Source: Pseudomonadota bacterium (GTDB taxonomy: Bacteria; Bdellovibrionota; UBA1018; CAIMNF01). Taken from it: a stretch of DNA of 64,000 bases. A program made the translations under genes and the position numbers. This document shows, one piece after another, positions 29,531 to 38,384 of the stretch. Each line of letters opens with the position of its first letter. Within the stretch, counting starts at the first letter, position 1. The stretch covers positions 811 to 64,810 of the forward strand of contig JAIYBN010000001.1 in NCBI GenBank assembly GCA_027488515.1, written 5' to 3'. The notes under the pieces were generated by a model. The model was not told where the DNA came from and did no database searches. It saw only the letters and a list, made by a program, of their open reading frames with translations.

Positions 29531-30574
29531 CCCCTAACTGTCCCCTTTGACTTCACCTGAAATACTGTCAAGATCGGATCAATACCGTATTGTGGTAGCG
29601 CAGGTAAATATACAGGTGATCTATCAGTCCCTCAGGCTTCTTGGTCGTGCACCAGGTGCGTCGAAAAAGCCGATTGAGATTCGCTCTCAGCATCGCGCAG
29701 GTATGGTTGAGCGCAAAAAGCGGATCAAAGACGAGTTTCTTCAACTCTCCCTGCCCCGTGATTGCACCCCGAGCACCCGGGTGAGCGATGTGATCCACAT
29801 TCTTCAGGTGTCTTTTGATGAACCTCGGGTAATGTGGATTCTGATCAGACTCAAGAATTGATCCGGAATGCACCACGGGTTTCAGTGTCCTGAACAGGAG
29901 ATCCCAGCCATTCGGGCGCTCGTCTTTGCGGTACCCGTACTTACGTCTTGAAATCTCGGCAAGCTTTCCCCTGGCAGGCATCCGCGAAACCTGAAAGCCC
30001 AGTATTTCTCGGGTGTTTTTGCTTACAGCTAAAGATACGCTCAAGGGTTTGCACTTGGTGTGTTCAAAGGTCTCTAAGTCATCAAACTGGATCTCTGAGA
30101 TTGGGGTACCTGCGAGTTCAATCAGTCTACTTTCATGCTCAGCCTTCGCTCGTGCTGCTACCATTCGAAATTTTCGTACAATCGTCTTTGGATTGACCCG
30201 AAGGAGAATCGCCATCCGTCGCTGACTCACTCCGGATGAGAACAGTTGCGCGACCACATGATTGAGGTCGCGCTTTTTCTGTCGATAGTCGGGGGAATGG
30301 GTACTTGCCGAGAAGTGGCGCCCACAATTTTTACAATGATACTTTGTGATGAACCGCCGGTCACGTGTCCGGTAGAAGGAGCCTTTCCGGACGATGAGTC
30401 TTGATCCAGGACTCGACTTTCCACCTGGATTTAGGAGGGAGGGCTGACGATCGCAATTGGGGTTCGGACAGCGTCTTTTCATGACCCAAGCAAAGGCAAG
30501 TCAAAGGCCAATGAGCGCAGGGTCTTGGAATCTTCAGCTGGACCGGAAAGGGAAGCATAAGGGGGCAGTTGGGG
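29531..30574 (-). mobile_element. Insertion sequence of about 1.04 kb (IS1595-family-like or IS1-like) with imperfect terminal inverted repeats.
   Basis: The left end 29531..29547 (cccctaactgtcccctt) and the right end 30559..30574 (reverse complement ccccaactgccccctt) match at 15 of 17 positions with 1 gap. A single transposase ORF lies inside. Confidence 0.7.
29568..30482 (-). CDS. IS transposase with an N-terminal zinc ribbon and a DDE domain, IS1595-like or IS1-like.
   Basis: N-terminal C2C2 motif (CPNPNC...CKNCGRHF), followed by an acidic-residue-containing catalytic region (FDDLETFEH..., ILESDQNPHY). 304 aa. Confidence 0.75.
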   Translation of the reverse strand: MKRRCPNPNCDRQPSLLNPGGKSSPGSRLIVRKGSFYRTRDRRFITKYHCKNCGRHFSASTHSPDYRQKKRDLNHVVAQLFSSGVSQRRMAILLRVNPKTIVRKFRMVAARAKAEHESRLIELAGTPISEIQFDDLETFEHTKCKPLSVSLAVSKNTREILGFQVSRMPARGKLAEISRRKYGYRKDERPNGWDLLFRTLKPVVHSGSILESDQNPHYPRFIKRHLKNVDHIAHPGARGAITGQGELKKLVFDPLFALNHTCAMLRANLNRLFRRTWCTTKKPEGLIDHLYIYLRYHNTVLIRS

Positions 30575-31213
30575 CTAGAATTGGAAGTAGGCAGCCGCCC
30601 CCACCGAGAAATAACTCAAACTCGACGGTTCCGGCCCTGTGGTCGTTGCGGTGAACGAAGTCGCAAGCTCGCCTCTGACCCCGAATCCCTTTGAACTGAG
30701 TGGGACGTCTGCACCGAGGCGGGCCCCGAAAAACAAGGCCGACGCACTCAGGCTCGTGACCAGGTCGGGTGGAGGACGCTCAATCGTACCACTCGCCAGA
30801 CCGATCCCTGCCCCGAGATACGGGAGAATTCGTCTGACCAGAAGGGTGGTTTCCGTTCCAGAATCATTCGACCCCCACGACTGCTGAAAGAGGTAATACC
30901 GTGCGAAAACACCGGTGAACCCCACCCCGGCCGAGAACGGTCCTAGTCTGAAGCCCCTCGAGTGGCTGATCGCGGCAGTGAGTCGGTCGCTCAGGATCCT
31001 TTCGATCCCGATCTCCATCGTCCCGATTCCTTCACTCCGGGTCACCAGTCCCGGAACACTCGATGTCAAAGAGGAGTTTCTCTTGATACCGGCGCCCCCG
31101 AACCCGAGCCCTACCACTGCGCGGTAGTCACCCGCCCATACATCCGTCGTCATCAGCAACAGCGGAATGAGCAGGAGTTTCGGATCAAGCCGCATTACGA
31201 TCCGCCGAATCAT
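30575..31213 (-). CDS. Small outer-membrane beta-barrel protein of the OmpA/OmpW-like 8-strand class.
   Basis: Signal peptide, alternating beta-strand pattern, and a C-terminal Phe (…AAAYFQF) typical of OMPs. It overlaps the upstream gene by 29 nt. Confidence 0.65.
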   Translation of the reverse strand: MIRRIVMRLDPKLLLIPLLLMTTDVWAGDYRAVVGLGFGGAGIKRNSSLTSSVPGLVTRSEGIGTMEIGIERILSDRLTAAISHSRGFRLGPFSAGVGFTGVFARYYLFQQSWGSNDSGTETTLLVRRILPYLGAGIGLASGTIERPPPDLVTSLSASALFFGARLGADVPLSSKGFGVRGELATSFTATTTGPEPSSLSYFSVGAAAYFQF

Positions 31214-32996
31214 CCTGGTCCCCGAAAGATCCCTGATATGCCATGATCAATTGGATCTCTCCTGCATCCACCAACTGGCGGACACGCGTCGCCAACTGGT
31301 TCAGGAGGATGTTCTGTTCCTTCTCGGTGAAGCTGTTCTCACGTTCGAGGTCGTCAGAAGCCACGATCGCAGTCATCGGAGGACAAAGGCCGATCACGCG
31401 GTCACGGCTGTCCATGCGCATCCGCAAGAATGCCACCACTTCATCCGGCATCGCCTTGGAGAACACCGGTCTCAAGGCAGAGTCATTCCACTCATGCAGG
31501 AAGGCGAGGCTGAACTGGGAACACTTGTACGCTTCGATGCCCGGACCCGAAAGCTGAGGCAAGAGCGCCATCTCTTCCATCGGGGTGAAAGCCGAGATCA
31601 ACTTCTGCAAAGCGGACTCGATGACCACCACGTCTTTCCGGTCGTCCGGACGGATGCTGGAGCGGAATTGATGCTCGTAGTTCCTCAAGTCGTCGGTTGC
31701 GATCTCGCTCATGCTCAATGCTTCATTGAGGAGCTCCAACTTGGTTTCCTCGTCCTGGTTCGACACATACTGCTGTCTCAAACCTTCCGGCATGAACATC
31801 GCCACGAGAGTCTTCATCTTCGAGTTCTGCTGGATGAGAACCTCTTGAAGCATGTTGTTCTTCATCGAAGAGACATAAGAGAACGGGCGTTCCAGTGCCT
31901 CGGAACCGAGGTTCATCACCATCATGATGTCCCAGTAAACCTTTTTCAGGAGGTCGCGCTTCTCGACCGGAGAAACTTCGGGCATCTTGCTGAACGCATT
32001 GGAAAGGTCTTTCATCGCATCGGCGGGGACGGGAAGCTTACCCATCTCGGACCCGACCGCTTCAGAAAAACAAGCCATCCGCATCATTCCCTCGTCACCC
32101 ATGTCACACCAGGAACGCACCAGGTTTTCCGACTCGCCGGCCAGTTTGGAAACGAGGTGGAGGAGCCGCTTGTTGTAATCACGGATCTCTCGAACCGCCT
32201 TGGCTTCCTCCGCTTCATTCCTGACCGTCTCGATGGTTCCATCCGAGCTGGCGTTGGACGCCCCGCTCTGATTCACCGTACTTGCACCCGCTGAGTCTGC
32301 GGCGGCTGCCCGCTCTGCAGCTTCCATCTTCTGGCTACGATTGTTGAACAAGCCCCACATCAGGGCAGCTGCGAAAATGGCGAAGGCGAGCACCAGCTGG
32401 CCTGCGAGGCCTTGGAATTGCTCGAGCTTCTCGAAAAAACTCCGCTGATTCTCGACCGGATCCGCATAGTACGCGACCGTGACGTTCGCAGAGCTCCCGA
32501 ACTCGCCGCTCACACGCTGCTTGAGCCAGGTTTCAATCTGTTCCTTGGCCGCATTCTGGACCGAGGGTTTCAGACCCACCCGGATGTTGGCGGTCTTGAC
32601 GCGGTAATCGCCGACGAACTGGTTGATCTTGGCACGAAGTTCAGGGGTCATGGCCGCCTTCAGGGCCTCGTCCAAGTCAATGGAGCCGAGCAAAAGGTCG
32701 CCAGGAAGTCCGTTCTCTTCCTCTTCCTCTTCTGGCTTGTCGGTCTCACGGGCTTTTTCAACCAGAACCAACTCGGCTCCCACTGTGAAGCTCTGACGAT
32801 CGATGAACGTGGAGAGCCCTTGGGAATAACGCTTGATCAAGAGGTCTTCGAGCAAGGCCTTCGCAGAAATCGCCCCACCCTCGAGTCCGAGGGTGTCTGA
32901 ACCTTTGACCGACGGTGCAGCGTCTGCCGGGGCTGCTCTTGCCGAGGTGTGGAAAGGAAGAATGAACAACGCGATCCAGAGAAAAAGCCGCTTCAT
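31185..32996 (-). CDS. Bitopic inner-membrane protein with a signal peptide and periplasmic N-domain, a single TM, and a cytoplasmic domain with a FliG-C/MgtE-N-like C-terminus.
   Basis: Signal peptide, and a central TM segment (QLVLAFAIFAAALMWGLF). The C-terminal ...EKEQNILLNQLATRVRQLVDAGEIQL resembles the FliG C-terminal motif ending in GEI. Confidence 0.6.
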   Translation of the reverse strand: MKRLFLWIALFILPFHTSARAAPADAAPSVKGSDTLGLEGGAISAKALLEDLLIKRYSQGLSTFIDRQSFTVGAELVLVEKARETDKPEEEEEENGLPGDLLLGSIDLDEALKAAMTPELRAKINQFVGDYRVKTANIRVGLKPSVQNAAKEQIETWLKQRVSGEFGSSANVTVAYYADPVENQRSFFEKLEQFQGLAGQLVLAFAIFAAALMWGLFNNRSQKMEAAERAAAADSAGASTVNQSGASNASSDGTIETVRNEAEEAKAVREIRDYNKRLLHLVSKLAGESENLVRSWCDMGDEGMMRMACFSEAVGSEMGKLPVPADAMKDLSNAFSKMPEVSPVEKRDLLKKVYWDIMMVMNLGSEALERPFSYVSSMKNNMLQEVLIQQNSKMKTLVAMFMPEGLRQQYVSNQDEETKLELLNEALSMSEIATDDLRNYEHQFRSSIRPDDRKDVVVIESALQKLISAFTPMEEMALLPQLSGPGIEAYKCSQFSLAFLHEWNDSALRPVFSKAMPDEVVAFLRMRMDSRDRVIGLCPPMTAIVASDDLERENSFTEKEQNILLNQLATRVRQLVDAGEIQLIMAYQGSFGDQDDSADRNAA

Positions 32997-33634
32997 GGAT
33001 TACCTCCCTGTTTCGAAGCAGGGACCCTACCCTGCTTCGCACGCGCGATCATTTTGATCGCGTCTTCCATCTTGGGGTCGTACTTCAGGGCCTGCTCGTA
33101 CCACTTGATACTTTCTGCGAACTTACCCTGGACGAAATAGATGGAGGCTCTCATGGAGAGTGCCCTTGGAAAATCAGGATATTCGGCGATCACCCGGTCG
33201 AGTTCGATCTGCGCCCGCTCGTATTCTTTCTTCAGGGCGAACTTTTGGGCCGCAAAAAGGCGGTCGAGGATCTCTCCGGCGATTTTCGCCTGTTTTGCAT
33301 CATCCCCCTCTTTCATCTTCACATCGAGAGAAGTGAGCAGCGTCCCGAACCGCGTGGACGGAACACTCTGTTTCTGGGTCACATAGCCCTTTTTCTCGAC
33401 GACGAAGTTGAAGTATTCACCGGCCAGGATGTCCGGACCTGCCACCTCTTTCAATGTGGAGGGGGAGATTTCCACCGGGGTCCTGCCCACCGACTTTTTC
33501 ACCCCGGTTTTGGGGTTCTCCACAAAAACTTCCGCATCGATCGGATCGCTCTTCACTTGGAAGGAAGCGCTCGCGCATCCGAGTGCGGAGGTGATTGAAA
33601 TCAGTGCCAGTGAAACGAGAGTGTGTCTCATCAT
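32993..33634 (-). CDS. Lipoprotein with a PEGA-like beta domain and TPR repeats.
   Basis: Lipobox (TSALGC), and TPR-like helical repeats in the C-terminal half (YERAQIELDRVIAEYPDFPRALSMRASIYFVQGKFAESIKWYEQALKYDP). Confidence 0.65.
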   Translation of the reverse strand: MMRHTLVSLALISITSALGCASASFQVKSDPIDAEVFVENPKTGVKKSVGRTPVEISPSTLKEVAGPDILAGEYFNFVVEKKGYVTQKQSVPSTRFGTLLTSLDVKMKEGDDAKQAKIAGEILDRLFAAQKFALKKEYERAQIELDRVIAEYPDFPRALSMRASIYFVQGKFAESIKWYEQALKYDPKMEDAIKMIARAKQGRVPASKQGGNP

Positions 33635-33751
33635 ACCGGCTTCTTCGGCGAACCCGCGGAAGATCTTGAGTGCGTCAAAATAACAGCGGTGTTTTGAGGA
33701 AATCTTTGCCCATTGTATCGTCTCGCCCCTGCGCTAAACTCATGAACGACG

Positions 33752-35140
33752 ATGCTGACCGAAAATGGAAAAACAGGATCGACTGCGACAGGAAAAAACC
33801 GGGCGACCGCCACGTCCTGGTATTATCTGGATGGCGATGTCGAGAAGCGGATCTCTTGGGATGCCTTGCTCATGGCCTACGATCTGGGGCAAATCAAGGG
33901 AACCACCTTGGTTTGGTCCACTGACTTGAGCGGTTGGCAACGCCTCGAGACCGTTCTGGGTGAACGGTCGATCCGGCGTCCGGTGATGGGCGCCCCTCAG
34001 AAGCCACAGTCTCCCCGTCCGAACTCTCCGACAGGCTCATCCCGTCCCCTGACGAGTGGCTCTGCCACCGTGGATGCCCCGGTTTACGCCAGCAACCGTC
34101 CGGACCCCGCCCCCCGGTACAGCGACACCACAGTGGAAGTCGCGGCGGCTCCGAGAAGAGCGTCTTATCCGGTCCGGATCATCGAGATTCCCAGGATCGA
34201 GGTCCGCACGGTTGAGTCCAAGCGGATCTCGATTCCCACACAGCTCATTGGCGCGATTCTCCTCGTCGCAGGGACCTGGTGGTATGCGGCGCCGAAGTCC
34301 GCCCCTTTTGAGACCCTTCAAGCCGACATGAGCCAGGAAGACTACTTCCGGGTGAATTCCCTTTTCAAAAGCACGGATGCCCGGAACGAGACCCTGATCG
34401 CTGCCATCCGGGGCAAAGGATTCACTCCTGCTTTCCACGTTTTTTCGAAGCTTCCTGACCAGACTGAACTCCAACTGTCCTTGAAAGGGGTTCCGGGTAC
34501 TCTTCTCAATCAGCCCAGATACGAGTCGCGTCAACGGGTGAAGATCCGGCAGGGACGAGCCACAAGCGAGAACTTCGTCAATCATGACGGAGGTCCTCTT
34601 CCGTACGGCGAATACACTCTCAGTGTGACTTCGATCGCAAACGGCGAGCTCCTTTCTGAACGGACTTATTTCATCGCGGGCCAAAAGCCTGCCGACTACG
34701 AGAATCAACTGAAGGCCTCTCTCGAGGCCCATGCACTGAAAGCCAAGAACGAGAAAAAAGAACTGGTCCAGATTTTGAACCTCATCCGGAACCAGTTTGA
34801 GCTGAACGCCTCCCGATTCAATCACTACTACAACCGGGTTTCGACAGGACAAACCATGATGACCTGGCCGAAATTCCGGGCGGAATGGGCGACGACCCAG
34901 GACCAGATCCGGATGACCCTTGAAAGCGGCAATCCGACAGAGGTCCGGAACACCCGGATCCTGGAGCAACAGCACCAAGGGATTCTGAATCTGGACAGGG
35001 ACCTGCGTCAACTGCAGGCTGAACAGGATCGCTTCCTGAACAGCGGAGCCAATGACGCCGCGAGTCTGAACCGTCTCGAATCTTTGTCTGAAGAACTCGC
35101 CGAGCAGATCTTCAAGATCCGTTCCAAACTGAATGATTGA
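33752..35140 (+). CDS. Membrane protein with an N-terminal GYF-like (DUF4339) domain, a Pro-rich linker, a TM segment and a C-terminal coiled-coil domain.
   Basis: WYYLDGD...GQIKGTTLVW...GW motif. Pro-rich region. Hydrophobic segment IGAILLVAGTWWYAA. Confidence 0.55.
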   Translation: MLTENGKTGSTATGKNRATATSWYYLDGDVEKRISWDALLMAYDLGQIKGTTLVWSTDLSGWQRLETVLGERSIRRPVMGAPQKPQSPRPNSPTGSSRPLTSGSATVDAPVYASNRPDPAPRYSDTTVEVAAAPRRASYPVRIIEIPRIEVRTVESKRISIPTQLIGAILLVAGTWWYAAPKSAPFETLQADMSQEDYFRVNSLFKSTDARNETLIAAIRGKGFTPAFHVFSKLPDQTELQLSLKGVPGTLLNQPRYESRQRVKIRQGRATSENFVNHDGGPLPYGEYTLSVTSIANGELLSERTYFIAGQKPADYENQLKASLEAHALKAKNEKKELVQILNLIRNQFELNASRFNHYYNRVSTGQTMMTWPKFRAEWATTQDQIRMTLESGNPTEVRNTRILEQQHQGILNLDRDLRQLQAEQDRFLNSGANDAASLNRLESLSEELAEQIFKIRSKLND

Positions 35141-35180
35141 GCCCTTCCGGTCATTGACTCCCGGAAGAGGCTGACGCTTA

Positions 35181-36947
35181 ATGGGTGGAATGGCTCACCA
35201 CTGGCGTAAAGCATTGATTTTGTGCGCTTCAATCCTCGCAATTCCGGGGTGCGCCACCCTACCTGCACCCCGCACCGGACTTCCTCCCACCAGGAACACC
35301 GGAGGTGAGAGCTCTTTCGAGTCGGATATCAAAAAGATCCAGGGGATGTACACCCGCGGGGAGTATGCCCGAGCCATCGAGAGCCTGAGTCGGATTCACG
35401 AGCCTGAACTCCGGAACTCGGAAAAAACCGAGTACTGGAACCTGAAAGGACTCGTGCGCCTGGCGGAAAAAAATCCGAATGCGGCCATCATCAATTTCAA
35501 GCGGGCCCTCCAATTCAATCCTTTTCCGGATCACCAGCCCTATTATCAATTCAACCTCGCAACCGCCTATCTCGATGCAGGAAAACCGGCTGAATCCAAA
35601 AAAGCGGCGGATTCCATCCCGATCGATGAAATGGGATCGACCGACCGGAAAAAAGTCATCGCGCTCCGGGAAAGAGTGAACAAGATCCTCGCCGGACAGG
35701 GAGATCAAAAGGCCCTTCCGGAAGGAGCCCAAGCCACACCCACTCCGGTGGCCATGGTCACCCCCACCCCTCCTCCGGCGATGGAACTCTACAGCGGGCC
35801 CGTGAACCGCAAGCGCATCGGAGTACTCCTTCCGCTGAGTGGCAAATACGAGAACTTCGGAAAACGGGTCCAGCGTGCGGTGGAGCTCGCGTTTCAGAGT
35901 TCGACGGATGAGCAAAGCAAATCGTTCGAGTTGATTCCGGTCGACAGCGGTGACTCGGCTGAAAGTCACGAAGTGGCACTGAAGAAGTTGGTGGAAGAGC
36001 AGGAAGTCATCGCCGTCATCGGACCGCTGCTCGGGAAACATCTCGATTCTCTGCGGAACAAAGCGGCCTTTTACCAGATTCCCCTGATCTCGGTGGCGCA
36101 GGTCCAGGGTGACGCGGATCCGCAGATCTTCTCGTGCTCCATTTCGATCCAGGATCAAGCGGCGAGAATTGCGAAGTATGCCGTCCAGACCTTGGGCCTC
36201 ACCCGCTTTGCCATTCTGGGGCCGGACAACAAGGCCGGAGAAGAAATGGCTCATGCCTTCTGGACGGAACTGGAACGGCTCAACGGTGAAGTGAAGGCCT
36301 TCGAACTCTACGACCCCGACCTGACCGACTTCCGTGAGCCGGTGGACAAGACCCTCGGTCTCTTCTACACCGAGACCCGCGCCAAAGAGCTCCAGGAGTT
36401 GGCCGAGAAGCGGAAGGAACTGAACATCACCCGGAAAACCATGAAGACCCAACAGTACTTCAATCTCCCTCCGGTGATGGACTTCGAAGCGGTATTCATC
36501 GCCGACGAGGCGCGAACAGCCGGTCAAGTCATCCCCACTTTCGCTTACCGGGACGCCAAAGGACTCAAATACCTCGGAATTTCATCCTGGAATTCCCCCC
36601 AGCTCATCCAAAGGGCCGGAGACCTGGTCGAGGGCGCGGCGTTTCCTGTCGCATTCAACACCCTGAATCCGCCCGAAGAGACGAAGCAATTTTACGATCT
36701 GTTCCACAGCACCCACTCCAGTTATCCGGGTGAGCTCGAAGCTGTGGCCTTCGACGCTGCGGTCCTCGTCCTGGAGACCCTGAAAGAGGCTCCAGGAACC
36801 CGCGGTGAATTCACCAGTCGACTCGAGGCTCGGAAGAATGTTCCGGGGGCGACCGGATCCCTGAATGTGGTGGGTCACCGTTGCTCGAGGAATCTTGACC
36901 TCTATCGGGTCAAAAAAGGCGCTTTCGAGCCGGTCGGAGAACCATGA
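35181..36947 (+). CDS. LpoA-like lipoprotein: N-terminal TPR domain fused to a type-1 periplasmic-binding-protein (LivK-like) domain.
   Basis: Lipobox IPGC, TPR repeats, and a C-terminal PBP1 fold signature (IAVIGPLLG, FAILGPDN, EAVFIAD). Confidence 0.6.
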   Translation: MGGMAHHWRKALILCASILAIPGCATLPAPRTGLPPTRNTGGESSFESDIKKIQGMYTRGEYARAIESLSRIHEPELRNSEKTEYWNLKGLVRLAEKNPNAAIINFKRALQFNPFPDHQPYYQFNLATAYLDAGKPAESKKAADSIPIDEMGSTDRKKVIALRERVNKILAGQGDQKALPEGAQATPTPVAMVTPTPPPAMELYSGPVNRKRIGVLLPLSGKYENFGKRVQRAVELAFQSSTDEQSKSFELIPVDSGDSAESHEVALKKLVEEQEVIAVIGPLLGKHLDSLRNKAAFYQIPLISVAQVQGDADPQIFSCSISIQDQAARIAKYAVQTLGLTRFAILGPDNKAGEEMAHAFWTELERLNGEVKAFELYDPDLTDFREPVDKTLGLFYTETRAKELQELAEKRKELNITRKTMKTQQYFNLPPVMDFEAVFIADEARTAGQVIPTFAYRDAKGLKYLGISSWNSPQLIQRAGDLVEGAAFPVAFNTLNPPEETKQFYDLFHSTHSSYPGELEAVAFDAAVLVLETLKEAPGTRGEFTSRLEARKNVPGATGSLNVVGHRCSRNLDLYRVKKGAFEPVGEP

Positions 36948-38377
36948 ACCGCCCTGTCCACAGGATCGAATGGGTGGCCTTTTTCATCCTTCTCATCGGG
37001 CATGCAGTGGCAGCTTGGACCTCGTTCGGCTACCACCATCCTGACGAACACTATCAAATCCTCGAGTGGGCCAACCACTTTCTCGGACTCAACCGGGACG
37101 CATCCACACTCCCTTGGGAGTATGCCGCCCAGATCCGGCCTTGGTTCCAGCCCCTGCTCCATGCGGGATGGATGAAACTCCTGATCACTTTCGGCATTTA
37201 CGAACCCTTCACGGCAGCCACCTTGGTTCAGGGAATCTACGGTGCCCTGAACGTGTGGCTTCTCGTGAAAATCTGGAGATTCCTACGGGAACGCTATGAC
37301 CTCGCACCCCACGGCTCCCTGGCGATAGCGCTCCTCTGGTTCCTCCCCTACATCCATGTTCGGACCTCGAGTGAGAACCTCGCCGGCATCTTGCTCTCCT
37401 GGGGTCTGCTTGGAATGTTGCAAAGCAGGAGTGCTTTCAGGAACGGCCTGTTTTTCGGATTCGCCTTCCTGGCCAGGTATCAGATCGCCCTCGGGCTCGC
37501 GGGACTCGGCCTGGCACTGGTGGTCCGGGCAAGGGGAGTCCGGAAGGCCCACTTCGCCCTACTCGGCGGATTCCTGGTCCCACTCGCCTTGGGAGTCCTG
37601 CTGGATCGGATCGGATACGGAAACTGGGTGCTCAGCCCCTACCTCTATTTCAAGGTGAACCTGCTGGACGGGGTCGCAGCACGCTACAATCCCTATCCCT
37701 GGTGGATGTATTTTGAATGGATCCTCCAATTGAATCCGCTGGTTTCGATTCCTCTTTTCCTGGGTACACTCGGGTTCTTCAAAAACGCAAAAGAGGAAGA
37801 CGGGTGGGTGCTTTCTCCGTTCGTGTGGTCATTCTTCATACTCCACTGCCTGATCACCAACAAAGAATACCGGTTTCTCTTCCCGGTCATGAACTGGGTG
37901 CCCTTCATGGCCCTCGTTCATTTCCAGAATTTCTCGATCAAGATGTCCCGTCCGGCTTGGTGGATCCCCTTCGCAATCGTCAATCTTCCGGCTTTTGCGA
38001 TCTCGACCCTCCACGGAGCTTCCATGCGAACGCTCGGGGCGCCCTTTCTGGCACACAGGAATCTCGATCCTGCTCTACCGGTGGTGGCCGCCCGTGATTA
38101 CCGGGGTCAGCCACCCTACTATACCTTTGCGGACCACCCACTGACCGTCTTCGGGAGTCCTGAAGAACTCGGAAGATCCCTTGAAAAGCCCGGGCCTACC
38201 CAGGTGCTCCTCGACGGCAAAGCGGACGATCCGGCATACGAGCGGATTCGAATGACCCTGGAAAAAAGATCCTGCCATTTGCGGGATTCAGTGGTCCCCG
38301 AGTGGCTCGGAAAGATCATTCTGAAAACGCCTGCAGGTCGTTCACTCCCCCGGATCGAATGGCACTATTGCCCTTAG
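36944..38377 (+). CDS. Integral-membrane GT-C glycosyltransferase of the GT22 (Alg9/PIG-B-like mannosyltransferase) family.
   Basis: Conserved N-terminal loop motif HPDEHYQ (HxDExFQ signature of Glyco_transf_22). More than 10 predicted TM helices. 4-nt overlap with the upstream LpoA-like gene. Confidence 0.55.
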   Translation: MNRPVHRIEWVAFFILLIGHAVAAWTSFGYHHPDEHYQILEWANHFLGLNRDASTLPWEYAAQIRPWFQPLLHAGWMKLLITFGIYEPFTAATLVQGIYGALNVWLLVKIWRFLRERYDLAPHGSLAIALLWFLPYIHVRTSSENLAGILLSWGLLGMLQSRSAFRNGLFFGFAFLARYQIALGLAGLGLALVVRARGVRKAHFALLGGFLVPLALGVLLDRIGYGNWVLSPYLYFKVNLLDGVAARYNPYPWWMYFEWILQLNPLVSIPLFLGTLGFFKNAKEEDGWVLSPFVWSFFILHCLITNKEYRFLFPVMNWVPFMALVHFQNFSIKMSRPAWWIPFAIVNLPAFAISTLHGASMRTLGAPFLAHRNLDPALPVVAARDYRGQPPYYTFADHPLTVFGSPEELGRSLEKPGPTQVLLDGKADDPAYERIRMTLEKRSCHLRDSVVPEWLGKIILKTPAGRSLPRIEWHYCP

Positions 38378-38384
38378 ATTGCCC

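Noticed and set aside
31167-32294. 375-aa + ORF.
   Set aside because: Antisense to the FliG-C-like membrane protein gene. It is His/Arg-rich and lacks RBS or domain support, whereas the minus-strand product has signal peptide, TM and domain-like features.
35259-36527. 422-aa minus ORF (and 34037..35011 minus ORF).
   Set aside because: These are shadows of the LpoA-like and GYF-domain genes on the + strand.
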